A DNA stretch of 64,000 nt, taken from contig DATDQB010000010.1 in assembly GCA_035292445.1 (NCBI GenBank), forward strand, positions 3,563 to 67,562, read 5' to 3'. The notes under the pieces are model-generated. The model had not been told where the DNA came from and did not search any database. It was given only the letters and a program-made list of their open reading frames with translations. Each line of letters starts with the position of its first letter. Position 1 is the first letter of the stretch. The position numbers were made by a program, and so were the translations under genes. This document shows, in pieces, positions 38,752 to 48,663 of this stretch. The stretch is from Candidatus Omnitrophota bacterium (GTDB lineage: Bacteria > Omnitrophota > Gorgyraeia > Zapsychrales > Zapsychraceae).

Positions 38752-40461
38752 TCATTCGCTTAACCTGATATCTTTCAACTTCAACTGCGTTTCCGGCGCT
38801 TTATTCCAATCATCGATAGCCAGTTCGTAAGCCAAATCAATCGGTTTGCCTTGCCTGATCAGATCCGCCTCATCCGCCATACCGAAACCGACCGCCGAGA
38901 TCGATGTTTGCCCGTCCGTCACCCAAAACTTCAACGTATCCCGACCCATGATCCTTGGATAGCCGACAACATCAAGCTTGCGTGAACAAAAGATGGGCGC
39001 CGGATTGGCCTCACCAAACGGCTCCATGGACTCGACAATCTGCGCCAATTCCATATTCACCGTATTCAAAGGGATCTCGCAATCAATGGCGAGAACTGGA
39101 GTTAATTTCTTCAACTCCAGAAGCCGGTCAGCGAGTTTGTTGATCCCGCGGCGGAACGGATCGATATTTTCTTCCTTGATGGTTAAGCCTGCCGCGCCTT
39201 CATGGCCACCGAATTGCTCCAGCCAATCCGAACAATTGGCCAAGGCATCATGCAAATGAAACCCTTCAATGCTCCTGGCCGAGGCCGTGCCTATCCCTTC
39301 TTCCAAGGAGATCACAACCGCCGGGCGGTAATACCGCTCTGCGATCTTCGACGCCACTATTCCCAAAACCCCCTTATGCCATCCTTCACGGCTTAAAACG
39401 ATCACTTTCTCATTATTAAAATTGATCTCCTGGTCGATCATCTCCAGCGCCTGCTGGACGATCTCCCGTTGCGTTTTTTGGCGGGCGTTATTATGCCGTT
39501 CTAAAGCTTTCGCCAGCGCTAAAGCTTTGATGGGGTCCTTGGCTAAAAGAAGGTCTAACGACGTGTGCGCCGTATCCATCCTCCCGGCGGCATTGATGCG
39601 CGGGCCTAAAATAAAACCCACATGGTACGGGCTGATCTTCTTTTTGCCATCGATGCGCGCCACTTCCATCAACGCCTGAAGCCCTATGTTCTTCGTTTGA
39701 GAGATGGTGGGAAGCCCGGCTTTCACAAAAATACGGTTCTCTCCGCGAAGAGGCGCCACGTCCGTAATGGTCCCCAGCGCCGCCATATGCAGGATTTCCG
39801 GATCGATCGTTCCGGTCATGGCCTGCGTTAATTTGGCAACAAGGCCTACGGATGCCAGGTCACGAAAAGGATAATTACAATCATTTTGCTTGGGATTAAT
39901 GATGGCGAGCGCCTTCGGAATGCGCTTATGCGCCGGCTCATGGTGGTCGATGATGATGACATCAATGCCTTCGTTCTTGATCGCTTCCACTTCATCATAG
40001 GCCGTAATGCCGCAGTCAACGGCGATCAAAAGCCCCACGCCCTGAGCTTTGGCTATTTTGGCGATACCATGATTTAATCCATAACCGTCATCCATCCTGT
40101 GAGGGATATGTGTAAGGACATTGATGCCCATCGCTGTCAAAAGCTCATAAAGCATGGCCGATGAAGTTACGCCGTCTACGTCGTAATCACCGTGAATGAG
40201 GACGTTCTCTTTATTTTTTTGGGCGTGGCGGATCCTCGCCACGGCCTTTTCCATATCTTTAATAAGGAAAGGATCATGCAGATGGGATAAATCAGCGCAA
40301 AGAAACTGCTCGGCCTCTTTCCTGTCCGTGATATTACGGTTAATAAGAAGCTGGGCAACGATAGGATGAATCTTTAAACCGTCGCTTAACTCGCGTTGCG
40401 CTTGAGGGTTCGGATCTTTAAAGGACCAGATTCTTTGCATATCACATTTGCTGCGGGGCAT
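38752..40461 (-). CDS. recJ: Single-stranded-DNA-specific exonuclease RecJ
   Basis: DHH motifs (LIHGDYDVDGVTS, IIIDHHE), DHHA1 region, 569 aa. Confidence 0.9.
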   Translation of the reverse strand: MPRSKCDMQRIWSFKDPNPQAQRELSDGLKIHPIVAQLLINRNITDRKEAEQFLCADLSHLHDPFLIKDMEKAVARIRHAQKNKENVLIHGDYDVDGVTSSAMLYELLTAMGINVLTHIPHRMDDGYGLNHGIAKIAKAQGVGLLIAVDCGITAYDEVEAIKNEGIDVIIIDHHEPAHKRIPKALAIINPKQNDCNYPFRDLASVGLVAKLTQAMTGTIDPEILHMAALGTITDVAPLRGENRIFVKAGLPTISQTKNIGLQALMEVARIDGKKKISPYHVGFILGPRINAAGRMDTAHTSLDLLLAKDPIKALALAKALERHNNARQKTQREIVQQALEMIDQEINFNNEKVIVLSREGWHKGVLGIVASKIAERYYRPAVVISLEEGIGTASARSIEGFHLHDALANCSDWLEQFGGHEGAAGLTIKEENIDPFRRGINKLADRLLELKKLTPVLAIDCEIPLNTVNMELAQIVESMEPFGEANPAPIFCSRKLDVVGYPRIMGRDTLKFWVTDGQTSISAVGFGMADEADLIRQGKPIDLAYELAIDDWNKAPETQLKLKDIRLSE

Positions 40462-42112
40462 TGACCCCTAATAATTTCAAGCCGTTGGCGATAACGATGC
40501 GCGATGCGTTGACAAGCCCAAGGCGTTGGGCGGAAAGGTTCACATCGTCACTGATCACGCGATGTTTGTCATAGAAGCGATGAAAAACGGATGCCAACTC
40601 TTGAAGATAGCTAACTAGCGGATAAGGATCCCATTGGGCGTAACACGCCAGAAGCGTATCGGGAAAATAGCCCAATTTCTTGATCAAATCCAACTCCTCT
40701 TCTTCATTGAGCAAATCGAATTTATCTTGGGAGATCTTAACGCCCGTTTCTTTCGCCTTTTTATTCATACTATACACCCGCGCATGCCCATATTGAACAT
40801 AATAAACGGGATTCTCAGGCGTCTGCTTTTTAGCCAGGTCCAGATCGAACTCCAAATGGGCACTGATATGGCGCATCATAAAGAAAAACCGGGCCGCATC
40901 AGATCCGACCTCATCAAGGACTTCCCTTAAACTGATATACTGGCCTCGCCTGGTTGACATGGAGAGCTCTTTCCCGTCACGGTAAATGGTGGCCAGTTGA
41001 ACAATGAGCACCTTGAGCGCCTCGCGATCTTTCCCCAGCGCTTCAACCGCCGCCGTCAGCCGCGGGATGTACCCATGATGGTCCGGCCCCCAAATATTGA
41101 CGACTTTTTCAAAACCGCGTTCAAATTTATTTTTATGGTACACAATGTCCGGCGTTATATAGGTGTAACTGCCGTCGCTTTTCTCAAGGACGCGGTCTTT
41201 GTCATCGCCAAAATCGGTTGACTTAAACCACAAAGCACTGTCTTTCTCATAAATAAAGCCCTTCTCCCCTAGATAATCAAGAATAGCCTCAATGTTCTTT
41301 TTGGTCGCGATCTTCGATTGATACGACCACACATCGAAGTGGACGCCGAAATCTTCCAACTCCTTCTTGATGATATCCATCAAATAATTGACGCCAAAAT
41401 GCATGAAATCTGCATCGATTTTTTTCTTTAAACCATCAACGGAAGATACCTTATTTTTTTCCATGAAAATGCGGGCCATGTCCTTGATGTATTCGCCCTG
41501 ATAGTGATCTTCCGGGAAAGTAATCTTCTCACCAAGGATTTCCAACGCGCGCGATTTGAGCGATTGGCCTAAGATATTGATCTGGTTGCCTTCGTCATTG
41601 ACGTAATATTCTTTCGTCACATCAAAACCAACGAACCTTAAGATATTCCCCAAGGCATCCCCCACGGCTCCCTGGCGGGCATGAGCCACACTTAATGGCC
41701 CGGTCGGATTGGCGCTGACAAATTCAATCTGTACTTTCTTGCCTGCGCCGACCTGGCTGCGGCCGTACGCGTCCCCCTCTTTGAATATTTGTGTGAGAAT
41801 ACCACTTAACGCATGCGACGTAAGATAAAAATTAATAAAACCCGGCTTTATGAAATCGACTTTAGCCACATCCGCTGCAAGAACAGTATTAGCAAAAGAA
41901 CCTGAAATGACTCCACTAAACTTTTCAGCGATGACAATAGGAGGCTGTTGCAGTTGCTTGGATGAAATTAAAGCAAAATTACAGGAAAGATCTCCATGGG
42001 CTTTATTTGCAGGTGTTTCTAATCTTATCTCTGGAATTATTAGAGCAGGATAGGTCTCTTGAACAAGGCCTTGAAGGTGAGCTTGAAGTTGTTTCTTGAA
42101 ATCGTTTAACAT
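40442..42112 (-). CDS. argS: Arginine--tRNA ligase
   Basis: SANPTGPLSVAHAR HIGH-region, class I ArgRS length and C-terminal ...QQM. Confidence 0.95.
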   Translation of the reverse strand: MLNDFKKQLQAHLQGLVQETYPALIIPEIRLETPANKAHGDLSCNFALISSKQLQQPPIVIAEKFSGVISGSFANTVLAADVAKVDFIKPGFINFYLTSHALSGILTQIFKEGDAYGRSQVGAGKKVQIEFVSANPTGPLSVAHARQGAVGDALGNILRFVGFDVTKEYYVNDEGNQINILGQSLKSRALEILGEKITFPEDHYQGEYIKDMARIFMEKNKVSSVDGLKKKIDADFMHFGVNYLMDIIKKELEDFGVHFDVWSYQSKIATKKNIEAILDYLGEKGFIYEKDSALWFKSTDFGDDKDRVLEKSDGSYTYITPDIVYHKNKFERGFEKVVNIWGPDHHGYIPRLTAAVEALGKDREALKVLIVQLATIYRDGKELSMSTRRGQYISLREVLDEVGSDAARFFFMMRHISAHLEFDLDLAKKQTPENPVYYVQYGHARVYSMNKKAKETGVKISQDKFDLLNEEEELDLIKKLGYFPDTLLACYAQWDPYPLVSYLQELASVFHRFYDKHRVISDDVNLSAQRLGLVNASRIVIANGLKLLGVNAPQQM

Positions 42113-42200
42113 ATTTCGTACCTCGTACTTCGTACATCGTACATCGTGAAGATTCCCAAATGCGAAGTACGAAGTACGAAAGACGAAGTACGAAAATGGG
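42113..42200 (-). promoter_or_regulatory. Long imperfect hairpin built from (T)TCGTAC / GTACGA(A) hexamer repeats in the argS 5' leader; overlaps the SD-like GAGGT
   Basis: Left arm ttcgtacctcgtacttcgtacatcgtacatcg, loop tgaagattcccaaatg, right arm cgaagtacgaagtacgaaagacgaagtacgaaa. Confidence 0.4.
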
Positions 42201-42205
42201 TGAAT

Positions 42206-42580
42206 CTATTCCCAGTTAATCGCTTTAGCCTCCTGCCATAACCCTTCCAGATTATAGAACTCCCTGACCTGCTTCTGGAAAATATGGGTGACGACATCCC
42301 CGGTATCGAAAACGATCCAGTTGGATTTACGCATGCCGAGAGTGGCTTTGATACGGTGGCCCCGCTTGCTCAATTCTTCTTCGATATGATCGGCAATGGC
42401 ACCCACATGACGGTCGGAAGTGCCGGAGCAGATGACAAAATAATCGCAAAAGTTTATGAGCTTACGCATATCAAGAACAACGATATCCTCTGCCTTCTTA
42501 TCTGAAGCAAACTTTGCGATTGATTTGGTGATATTTCTTGAACTGATGGAAGCTTGTTTAATAGCAGGCACCCTCTCCAC
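42206..42580 (-). CDS. rsfS: Ribosomal silencing factor RsfS (Iojap)
   Basis: KKAEDIVVLDM...CDYFVICSGTSDRHVGAIADHI...WIVFDTGDVVTHIF Iojap family motifs. Confidence 0.85.
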   Translation of the reverse strand: MERVPAIKQASISSRNITKSIAKFASDKKAEDIVVLDMRKLINFCDYFVICSGTSDRHVGAIADHIEEELSKRGHRIKATLGMRKSNWIVFDTGDVVTHIFQKQVREFYNLEGLWQEAKAINWE

Positions 42581-42669
42581 GCAAGAATATCAATGGCTGA
42601 TGGCTATACCTTTTAAACCTTCTCGGTCTGCTATTATTTTTATAGCATAATTTCGGAAGATGGAAAATC

Positions 42670-42840
42670 TTATTTCTTTAATTTTTCGGCTTGGTCTTTA
42701 CCGAGAACTCGCCAACATTCGTGAGTTCCAGTAGGAGACTTGGCAATGGCGAAAAAGCGGCCGCCTTTTTGCTTTACGGTAAAGTCTGAGGTGTTGAATT
42801 TTTTCTTGGTCTTTACATCATAGAATGATAATTCTGCCAT
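42670..42840 (-). CDS. Small hypothetical protein (56 aa), not in the ORF track
   Basis: Manual translation MAELSFYDVKTKKKFNTSDFTVKQKGGRFFAIAKSPTGTHECWRVLGKDQAEKLKK; strong GGAGG SD 7 nt upstream of ATG. Confidence 0.45.
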   Translation of the reverse strand: MAELSFYDVKTKKKFNTSDFTVKQKGGRFFAIAKSPTGTHECWRVLGKDQAEKLKK

Positions 42841-42933
42841 GTGTTTCCTCCTACGGTTGATTGTTAAATATTGTCCTTGAGTTTAACTGAATAAATTTAA
42901 GTTGTCAAACCAAAAAAGCTGAAACTGATTCAT

Positions 42934-44208
42934 TTAATTGCGAATCCCAAATAACGAATGAATTTCTTTTTCCTGATCGTTCGTCAGCGGGCCGATCAAG
43001 GCCAGGTTAAAACGCTTGGGATCGAGGATATGCTTGGCAACGCGCCGCACATCCGATGGCGTTATCTTCTTGAGTTCATTGACGACCTCATGCCTCGTAT
43101 GTAGGCGGTTGCGGCTCATGAGGCTTTCCCCCATCCAGATCATATGTTCCATTGTGTCTTCTAAACCTAACAGGATTTGGCCTATGACATATTCCCTGGC
43201 CCTTTTAAATTCTTCCTGCCCGACATTCGCCGCCTTGATCCTCTCCAGCTCCTTCAATATCAGCCCCAGCGCTTGCGTGAGCCTTTGATTATCAACGCCC
43301 GCCTTGATGAGAAAAATGCCGGTATCGGCCAGCGGTTTATTGTAACTGGAGATCGAATACGCGAGCCCATGCTTTTCCCGCACCTCGACGAACAGGCGGC
43401 TGCTCATGTTCCCGCCTAAAATGACGCTTAACAGGCTTAAAACGTAGCGCTCCTTCTGAAATTGGTTGTAGCCCAGCATCCCCAATGCCAAATGCATCTG
43501 CTCGATATCTTTTTTGTGCAGATTTAACCGGGGGGCGCTCTGGGCATTGACCGCTTTGATAAATCCTTTACCCGCGGAACCGGCCGCGCGACCCAGTTTT
43601 CTTTTGGCCGCCTGAACAAGCTTGGTGTGGGAGATCTTGCCACAGGCCACGATTGCCGCGTTACCGGCGCCGTAATACGTCTTATGGAAATCCGAAAGGT
43701 TCTCTTTGGTCGTTGAGCCGACGCTTTCGACCGTCCCGGCCAAGCTTTTGCCCAACGGATGGTTCGGCCAAACCAATCCATCCAGCAGTTCCATCACATG
43801 GTATTGAGGGATATCATGGTACATCTTGATCTCTTCCATGATGACGGTCTTCTCTTTATTGAGTTCCTCGGTTTTCATATTAGGGAAAAACGCCATGTCG
43901 GCCAAGACATCAAAAGTCTGATCGAAATGTTTGGCCGGGATCTTGGCATGATAGCACGTTTGCTCCTCAGCGGTAAACGCGTTCAGTGAGCCACCGACCC
44001 CTTCGATCAATTGCTTGATCTCCTCGCAGGCATACTTTTGGCTTCCTTTAAAGACCATGTGTTCCAAAAAATGCGCGGCGCCCTTGATGTGGTCCTCTTC
44101 GTAACGGCCGCCGGCATTGAACCAGAAGCCTAAGGCGACACTATCGCGATCTTTCATTTCGTGGGAAACGATTCTTAAGCCATTGGGGAGAATTTCTTTT
44201 TTATACAT
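42934..44208 (-). CDS. M16 family zinc peptidase (insulinase-like)
   Basis: HFLEHMVFKGS inverted zinc-binding motif. Confidence 0.85.
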   Translation of the reverse strand: MYKKEILPNGLRIVSHEMKDRDSVALGFWFNAGGRYEEDHIKGAAHFLEHMVFKGSQKYACEEIKQLIEGVGGSLNAFTAEEQTCYHAKIPAKHFDQTFDVLADMAFFPNMKTEELNKEKTVIMEEIKMYHDIPQYHVMELLDGLVWPNHPLGKSLAGTVESVGSTTKENLSDFHKTYYGAGNAAIVACGKISHTKLVQAAKRKLGRAAGSAGKGFIKAVNAQSAPRLNLHKKDIEQMHLALGMLGYNQFQKERYVLSLLSVILGGNMSSRLFVEVREKHGLAYSISSYNKPLADTGIFLIKAGVDNQRLTQALGLILKELERIKAANVGQEEFKRAREYVIGQILLGLEDTMEHMIWMGESLMSRNRLHTRHEVVNELKKITPSDVRRVAKHILDPKRFNLALIGPLTNDQEKEIHSLFGIRN

Positions 44209-44993
44209 TAACGAAGGCCTTTCATAAGCTGATCGACAAATGCAGAAACTTTTTTAACCGACCCACGGGTTTTATAGATCTGATTGACGATGGCACTGCC
44301 GATTATAACGCCGTCAGCGATTTTGGCGACAGCGCGCACCTGCTCTTTGGTCGAAACGCCAAACCCCACACAGACTGGTTTAGCCGTTAAGCGCTTGGCC
44401 AAACGTACTTGGCTTTTAATGGTTTCGGGAAGCTTGCTGCGCGCTCCGGTGACGCCGGTCAAAGAAACGTAGTAAATGAACCCGGTTGACGCCTTGGCGA
44501 TGAGCTGCATGCGTTTCTTGGTAGTTGTCGGTGCAATAAAAAATACCGTTGCCAGATCATTCTTTCTAGCTGCTTGAGTTAGTTTATGGCTTTCTTCGGG
44601 GGGCAGATCGGGAATGATGACGCCATCCACGCCGCTTGATCTTGCCTTCTTTATGAACTGCTCTTCGCCACGATGGAAAACAGGATTGAAATACGTCATG
44701 AGCGCGATCGGCATATTGCTCTTTTGCCGGATACGGGAAACGAGCTGAAAGATCTTATCTAACGTAACGCCTTTGCCTAACGCCCGTTGCGAGGATGCCT
44801 GAATGGTCGGCCCGTCCGCCAACGGATCGGAAAATGGCACGCCCAGCTCAACAATATCCACGCCGATTCTTTCGAAGGCAATGACCAATGCTTCGGTAGC
44901 TTTAAGGGACGGATCGCCTGCGGTGATGAAAGCGATGAAGGCTTTTTCCCGTCGTTTTCTTAATTCATTAAATTTTTTGGTAATACGATTCAT
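44208..44993 (-). CDS. trpA: Tryptophan synthase alpha chain
   Basis: ELGVPFSDPLADGPTIQ motif, 261 aa. Confidence 0.9.
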   Translation of the reverse strand: MNRITKKFNELRKRREKAFIAFITAGDPSLKATEALVIAFERIGVDIVELGVPFSDPLADGPTIQASSQRALGKGVTLDKIFQLVSRIRQKSNMPIALMTYFNPVFHRGEEQFIKKARSSGVDGVIIPDLPPEESHKLTQAARKNDLATVFFIAPTTTKKRMQLIAKASTGFIYYVSLTGVTGARSKLPETIKSQVRLAKRLTAKPVCVGFGVSTKEQVRAVAKIADGVIIGSAIVNQIYKTRGSVKKVSAFVDQLMKGLR

Positions 44994-45003
44994 AATTAAT
45001 CCT

Positions 45004-45059
45004 GCAGGGGCAACCTTTATGGTTGCCCGTTATCGGGCAGACGCAAGGCCTGCCCCTAC
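45004..45059. repeat. GTAGGG-family double-hairpin element (copy 2 of the 56-nt subtype); supplies the TAG stop of trpB
   Basis: gcaGGGGCAACCtttatGGTTGCCCgttatcGGGCAGacgcaaggCCTGCCCctac. Confidence 0.8.
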
Positions 45060-46237
45060 ATCAAATCCTTTATCGAATTCATATCCTTGTCACCTCTACC
45101 GGACAAACAAACAATGACCGTTTTCTTTCCTTTTACCTTCCTCGCCAACTTTTCTAAATACGCGATCGCATGGGCCGTTTCCAACGCCGGGATGATCCCT
45201 TCCGTCCTCGATAACAGCTTAAGTCCTTCAATAGCTTCTTTATCATTAATTGAAACGTATTGCGCCCGTTTAATTTTCTTATAGTACGAATGCTCCGGCC
45301 CGACACCGGGATAATCCAGCCCGGCCGCGATCGAATGCGCTACTTTGATCTGGCCGTCGCGCGTTTGTAACAGATCTGATTTGCTCCCATGAAGGACGCC
45401 GATCTCCCCCATCGCCAACGGCGCCGAGTGATGGCCTGATTGCAATCCCAGCCCGGCCGCCTCAACTCCGATCATTTTTACTCTCTTGTCATTGAAGAAA
45501 GTATGGAACAGCCCCATCGCGTTACTGCCGCCGCCGACACAGGCCAGCAGATAATCCGGCAATTTCTTTTCTTTGGCCAAAAATTGCTTTCGGGCTTCAC
45601 GGCCGATGACCGATTGGAATTCGCGCACCATCAAAGGATACGGATGCGGGCCGGCCACGGAGCCGATAATATAAAATGTGTTCTGAACATTGGTGACCCA
45701 ATCGCGAATGGCTTCATTCATCGCGTCTTTAAGTGTCTGCGATCCCGAAGTGACGGTAATGACCTTGGCTCCCAGAAGCTTCATCCGGTCCACATTAAGC
45801 GCTTGGCGCTTGGTGTCCTGCGCTCCCATGTAGATCTCGCATTGCAACCCCATAAGCGCAGCTGCGGTTGCGGTCGCCACACCGTGCTGGCCGGCGCCGG
45901 TTTCGGCGATGATACGGGTCTTGCCCATGCGCTTGGCGATCAATACCTGGCCTAAGGTGTTATTGATCTTGTGCGCACCCGTATGGAGTAGGTCCTCGCG
46001 TTTTAAATACACTTTAAGCCTTCCCACATGCTCGCTTAGACGTTTCGCGTAATACAAACTCGTGGGCCGGCCGGCGTATTCCTTCAGATAATAATCCAAC
46101 TCCCGATGGAATTTTCTGTCCTTCCTGAGGGCAGAAAACGTCCTTTGCAGTTCGTCCAGAAGCGCCATCAGCGTCTCAGGGACGAACCGCCCGCCGAAGG
46201 GACCGAAATGGCCATTTTTATCGGGTAATTTATTCAT
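45056..46237 (-). CDS. trpB: Tryptophan synthase beta chain
   Basis: [20 protein letters not shown]-enzyme motifs of TrpB. Confidence 0.95.
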   Translation of the reverse strand: MNKLPDKNGHFGPFGGRFVPETLMALLDELQRTFSALRKDRKFHRELDYYLKEYAGRPTSLYYAKRLSEHVGRLKVYLKREDLLHTGAHKINNTLGQVLIAKRMGKTRIIAETGAGQHGVATATAAALMGLQCEIYMGAQDTKRQALNVDRMKLLGAKVITVTSGSQTLKDAMNEAIRDWVTNVQNTFYIIGSVAGPHPYPLMVREFQSVIGREARKQFLAKEKKLPDYLLACVGGGSNAMGLFHTFFNDKRVKMIGVEAAGLGLQSGHHSAPLAMGEIGVLHGSKSDLLQTRDGQIKVAHSIAAGLDYPGVGPEHSYYKKIKRAQYVSINDKEAIEGLKLLSRTEGIIPALETAHAIAYLEKLARKVKGKKTVIVCLSGRGDKDMNSIKDLM

Positions 46238-46305
46238 ATCACTTCCTAAAATTGAATTCCTATTGGAACATAAAATTATGGGTATGTCAATCTTTCATAC
46301 CCATC

Positions 46306-46334
46306 GTAGGGACAGTACATTGTGCTGTCCCTAC
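46306..46334. repeat. GTAGGG-family 29-nt palindrome; supplies the TAG stop of the M48 peptidase gene
   Basis: GTAGGGACAGtacattgtgCTGTCCCTAC. Confidence 0.8.
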
Positions 46335-48010
46335 GCTCGTGTCGTGGCTTCCTCTATCAAATACTGGAGCACTTCCAGTTCATCATGGTCAAACCAGATG
46401 GAACCGCAAGCGAAACATCGGTCCATTTCTACCTTGTAGACCTCGGTATAAAACATCCGATGCATTTTATTGCGGGGATGGTTGCATTTGGGACATGTAA
46501 ATAGCGTCTGCGGGTTCCTTTTGATAGCCGGCGCCATAAACATATCAGCCGTTTTCTTGATCGTTTCGGCAATATGCTTGACCTTCTCGGAGAAACCGAC
46601 ATCCTGTCGGATGATAATACGCTTAACGTCATTCTCATGGACCAGAACGCCGTGACAGAACGGGCATTTTTCAAGCTCTACGCCTTCATAATAGACTTTG
46701 GAAAGCGCCAGATGGCAACGCGGGCACTTTTCCGACGCTTCTTTCATTTCATCGCTGTGGCCGAGGACGCCGGCCAAGGCTTGATCTTCGTACGCCGGTT
46801 TGACTTTATCTTCATCCAAGCGCTTGATCCAGGTTTGCGGCTCGATCCAATCAAAGGTGGCCATCTGGACCAGCTCAAAAGGCCCTTGCCACCGGCCATC
46901 TTTGTGGACCATCCACTTGGTGTCGATGCCGACGGCTTCGGGCACTTGCGTTCTGGGTTTATTCTCTAATTTTTTTACACCCTGCACCAGCTGCTCGACA
47001 TCCGCATGAGCCATTTCCAAAAGAATGCCTAAACGCTTCTCAACCGGTGGATGCGTGGAAAACAGCTCGGCGAAAATGCCTTCATGTTCATCCAAATAGG
47101 CATACTGCGGGTTAACGATAAAAATAGCTTCCATTTCTTGAGCGGTCAATTCTTGCCCGCGCCAATGATAGGCAATGGCGTAAAGCGCTTCCGCCAAACT
47201 TAACGGATCGCGTGTTAAACGGACCGAAATGGCATCCGCCCGGTATTCGCGCTGGCGCGAAATGAACATCCGCACCAAATGGCTTAAAAATTTTGTCAGC
47301 AATAACAAAATATAGATCAATAAAATAACGGCAACGGCCCCTCCTCCGCTACCGCGCCCGCGGGATGAATAAGAACTGCGCCGGCCGCTGCCCCGAAGCA
47401 TCAGTTCGATCCCCTTCAAAAGGCCGCCGTAAAGGGCAAAAATGGAGCTGGTCACGGTCGTCGCCAAACAATCGCGCGAGACGATATGGGCCACTTCATG
47501 GCCCACGATCGCTTCGATCTGAGCGCGGGATAATCGGGCCAAAACACCTTCGGTGGTCCCGAGCACATGATGTCCCTCAAAATCGGAAAGCGCAAAGGCG
47601 TTCATGGCCATCGTTGGAATGATTACCCCTTCGATCTTTACCCCGCCCGTGGCCACAGAAACTTCATCCAAAATGTTACGGAACATCTGATGATACGTGT
47701 CCTTTTCATTAAGTTTCTCCGCCCCCAGAACGCCGAGCATTTTTTTGATCAAATTGCTGGTGGTGTAGCTCCAATGGCCGTAGCCAACGACACAAGCGAT
47801 GGCTAAAATGATAAGGGTCGTTGGAAAATCCAGGAAGAAGAACACAAAGGACTGCTGCTCATAAGTGGGGATCTCACTGTAGGCGATGGCATTGGCCACA
47901 ACCATCGCAATGCCCCAAAAGGCGAGAAAATAAAAAAGAATTAAAAAGGAAAAGACAAAACCGATGGTACGGGTTTTGTCTTCCTCGATTTGGGTGAACG
48001 AATACGGCAT
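46331..48010 (-). CDS. M48 family membrane metallopeptidase (HtpX-like) with C-terminal tandem zinc-ribbon domains
   Basis: N-terminal TM helices; HEVAHIVSRD HExxH; C-terminal CPRC...CPFC and CPKC...CFAC motifs. Confidence 0.75.
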   Translation of the reverse strand: MPYSFTQIEEDKTRTIGFVFSFLILFYFLAFWGIAMVVANAIAYSEIPTYEQQSFVFFFLDFPTTLIILAIACVVGYGHWSYTTSNLIKKMLGVLGAEKLNEKDTYHQMFRNILDEVSVATGGVKIEGVIIPTMAMNAFALSDFEGHHVLGTTEGVLARLSRAQIEAIVGHEVAHIVSRDCLATTVTSSIFALYGGLLKGIELMLRGSGRRSSYSSRGRGSGGGAVAVILLIYILLLLTKFLSHLVRMFISRQREYRADAISVRLTRDPLSLAEALYAIAYHWRGQELTAQEMEAIFIVNPQYAYLDEHEGIFAELFSTHPPVEKRLGILLEMAHADVEQLVQGVKKLENKPRTQVPEAVGIDTKWMVHKDGRWQGPFELVQMATFDWIEPQTWIKRLDEDKVKPAYEDQALAGVLGHSDEMKEASEKCPRCHLALSKVYYEGVELEKCPFCHGVLVHENDVKRIIIRQDVGFSEKVKHIAETIKKTADMFMAPAIKRNPQTLFTCPKCNHPRNKMHRMFYTEVYKVEMDRCFACGSIWFDHDELEVLQYLIEEATTRA

Positions 48011-48019
48011 CTTTTGAAT

Positions 48020-48048
48020 GTAGGGAACGGTTTCAAACCGTTCCCTAC
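48020..48048. repeat. GTAGGG-family 29-nt palindrome between the lemA stop and the M48 peptidase start
   Basis: GTAGGGAACGGTTTcAAACCGTTCCCTAC. Confidence 0.8.
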
Positions 48049-48053
48049 ATTAT

Positions 48054-48605
48054 TTAGAATTTGACCTTCGGCGTTTCTTTTTGGGCCGCGTCTTCGATCT
48101 CAAAGAAGTCGTTTTTCTTGAAATTAAAACTGCCGGCAATCACGTTCGCGGGAAAAGACTGGACGGCTGTGTTGAGCCGGTTGACCTCATCGTTGTAATA
48201 TTGCCGGGCGAAGGTAATCTTATTTTCGGTCGTAGTCAATTCTTCGTGAAGCTGCATCATCTGCCGGTCGGCCTTGAGATTGGGATATTGCTCCGAAACA
48301 GCAAAAAGGCTACGCAAGGTGCTCGTCAAAAGGTTTTCGGCCTGCTGGCGGTCTTTGAGGTCGCTCGCATTAATGGCCTGTTGGCGCGCCTTAATGACCT
48401 TTTCCAACGTGTCTTTCTCATGGGCCATATAGCCTTTGGCCGTTTCCACTAAATTGGGGATCAGGTCGTGGCGGCGTTTGAGCTGCACATCGATCTGCGA
48501 CCAGCCGTTTTTCACGTTCTCGCGCAATTGCACGAGCCGGTTGTAAACGCCGATGGCCCATATCATGGCAACAACTATCAAACCTAATAAGATCCAGAGA
48601 ATCAT
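48054..48605 (-). CDS. lemA: LemA family protein
   Basis: N-terminal TM plus NRLVQLRENVKNGWSQIDVQLKRRHDLIPNLVE LemA signature. Confidence 0.85.
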   Translation of the reverse strand: MILWILLGLIVVAMIWAIGVYNRLVQLRENVKNGWSQIDVQLKRRHDLIPNLVETAKGYMAHEKDTLEKVIKARQQAINASDLKDRQQAENLLTSTLRSLFAVSEQYPNLKADRQMMQLHEELTTTENKITFARQYYNDEVNRLNTAVQSFPANVIAGSFNFKKNDFFEIEDAAQKETPKVKF

Positions 48606-48663
48606 GCCTCTCCTCCCACGTTAAAGGTTAAAATTCAAAACCAGTATAGCACATCCTGAAAAC

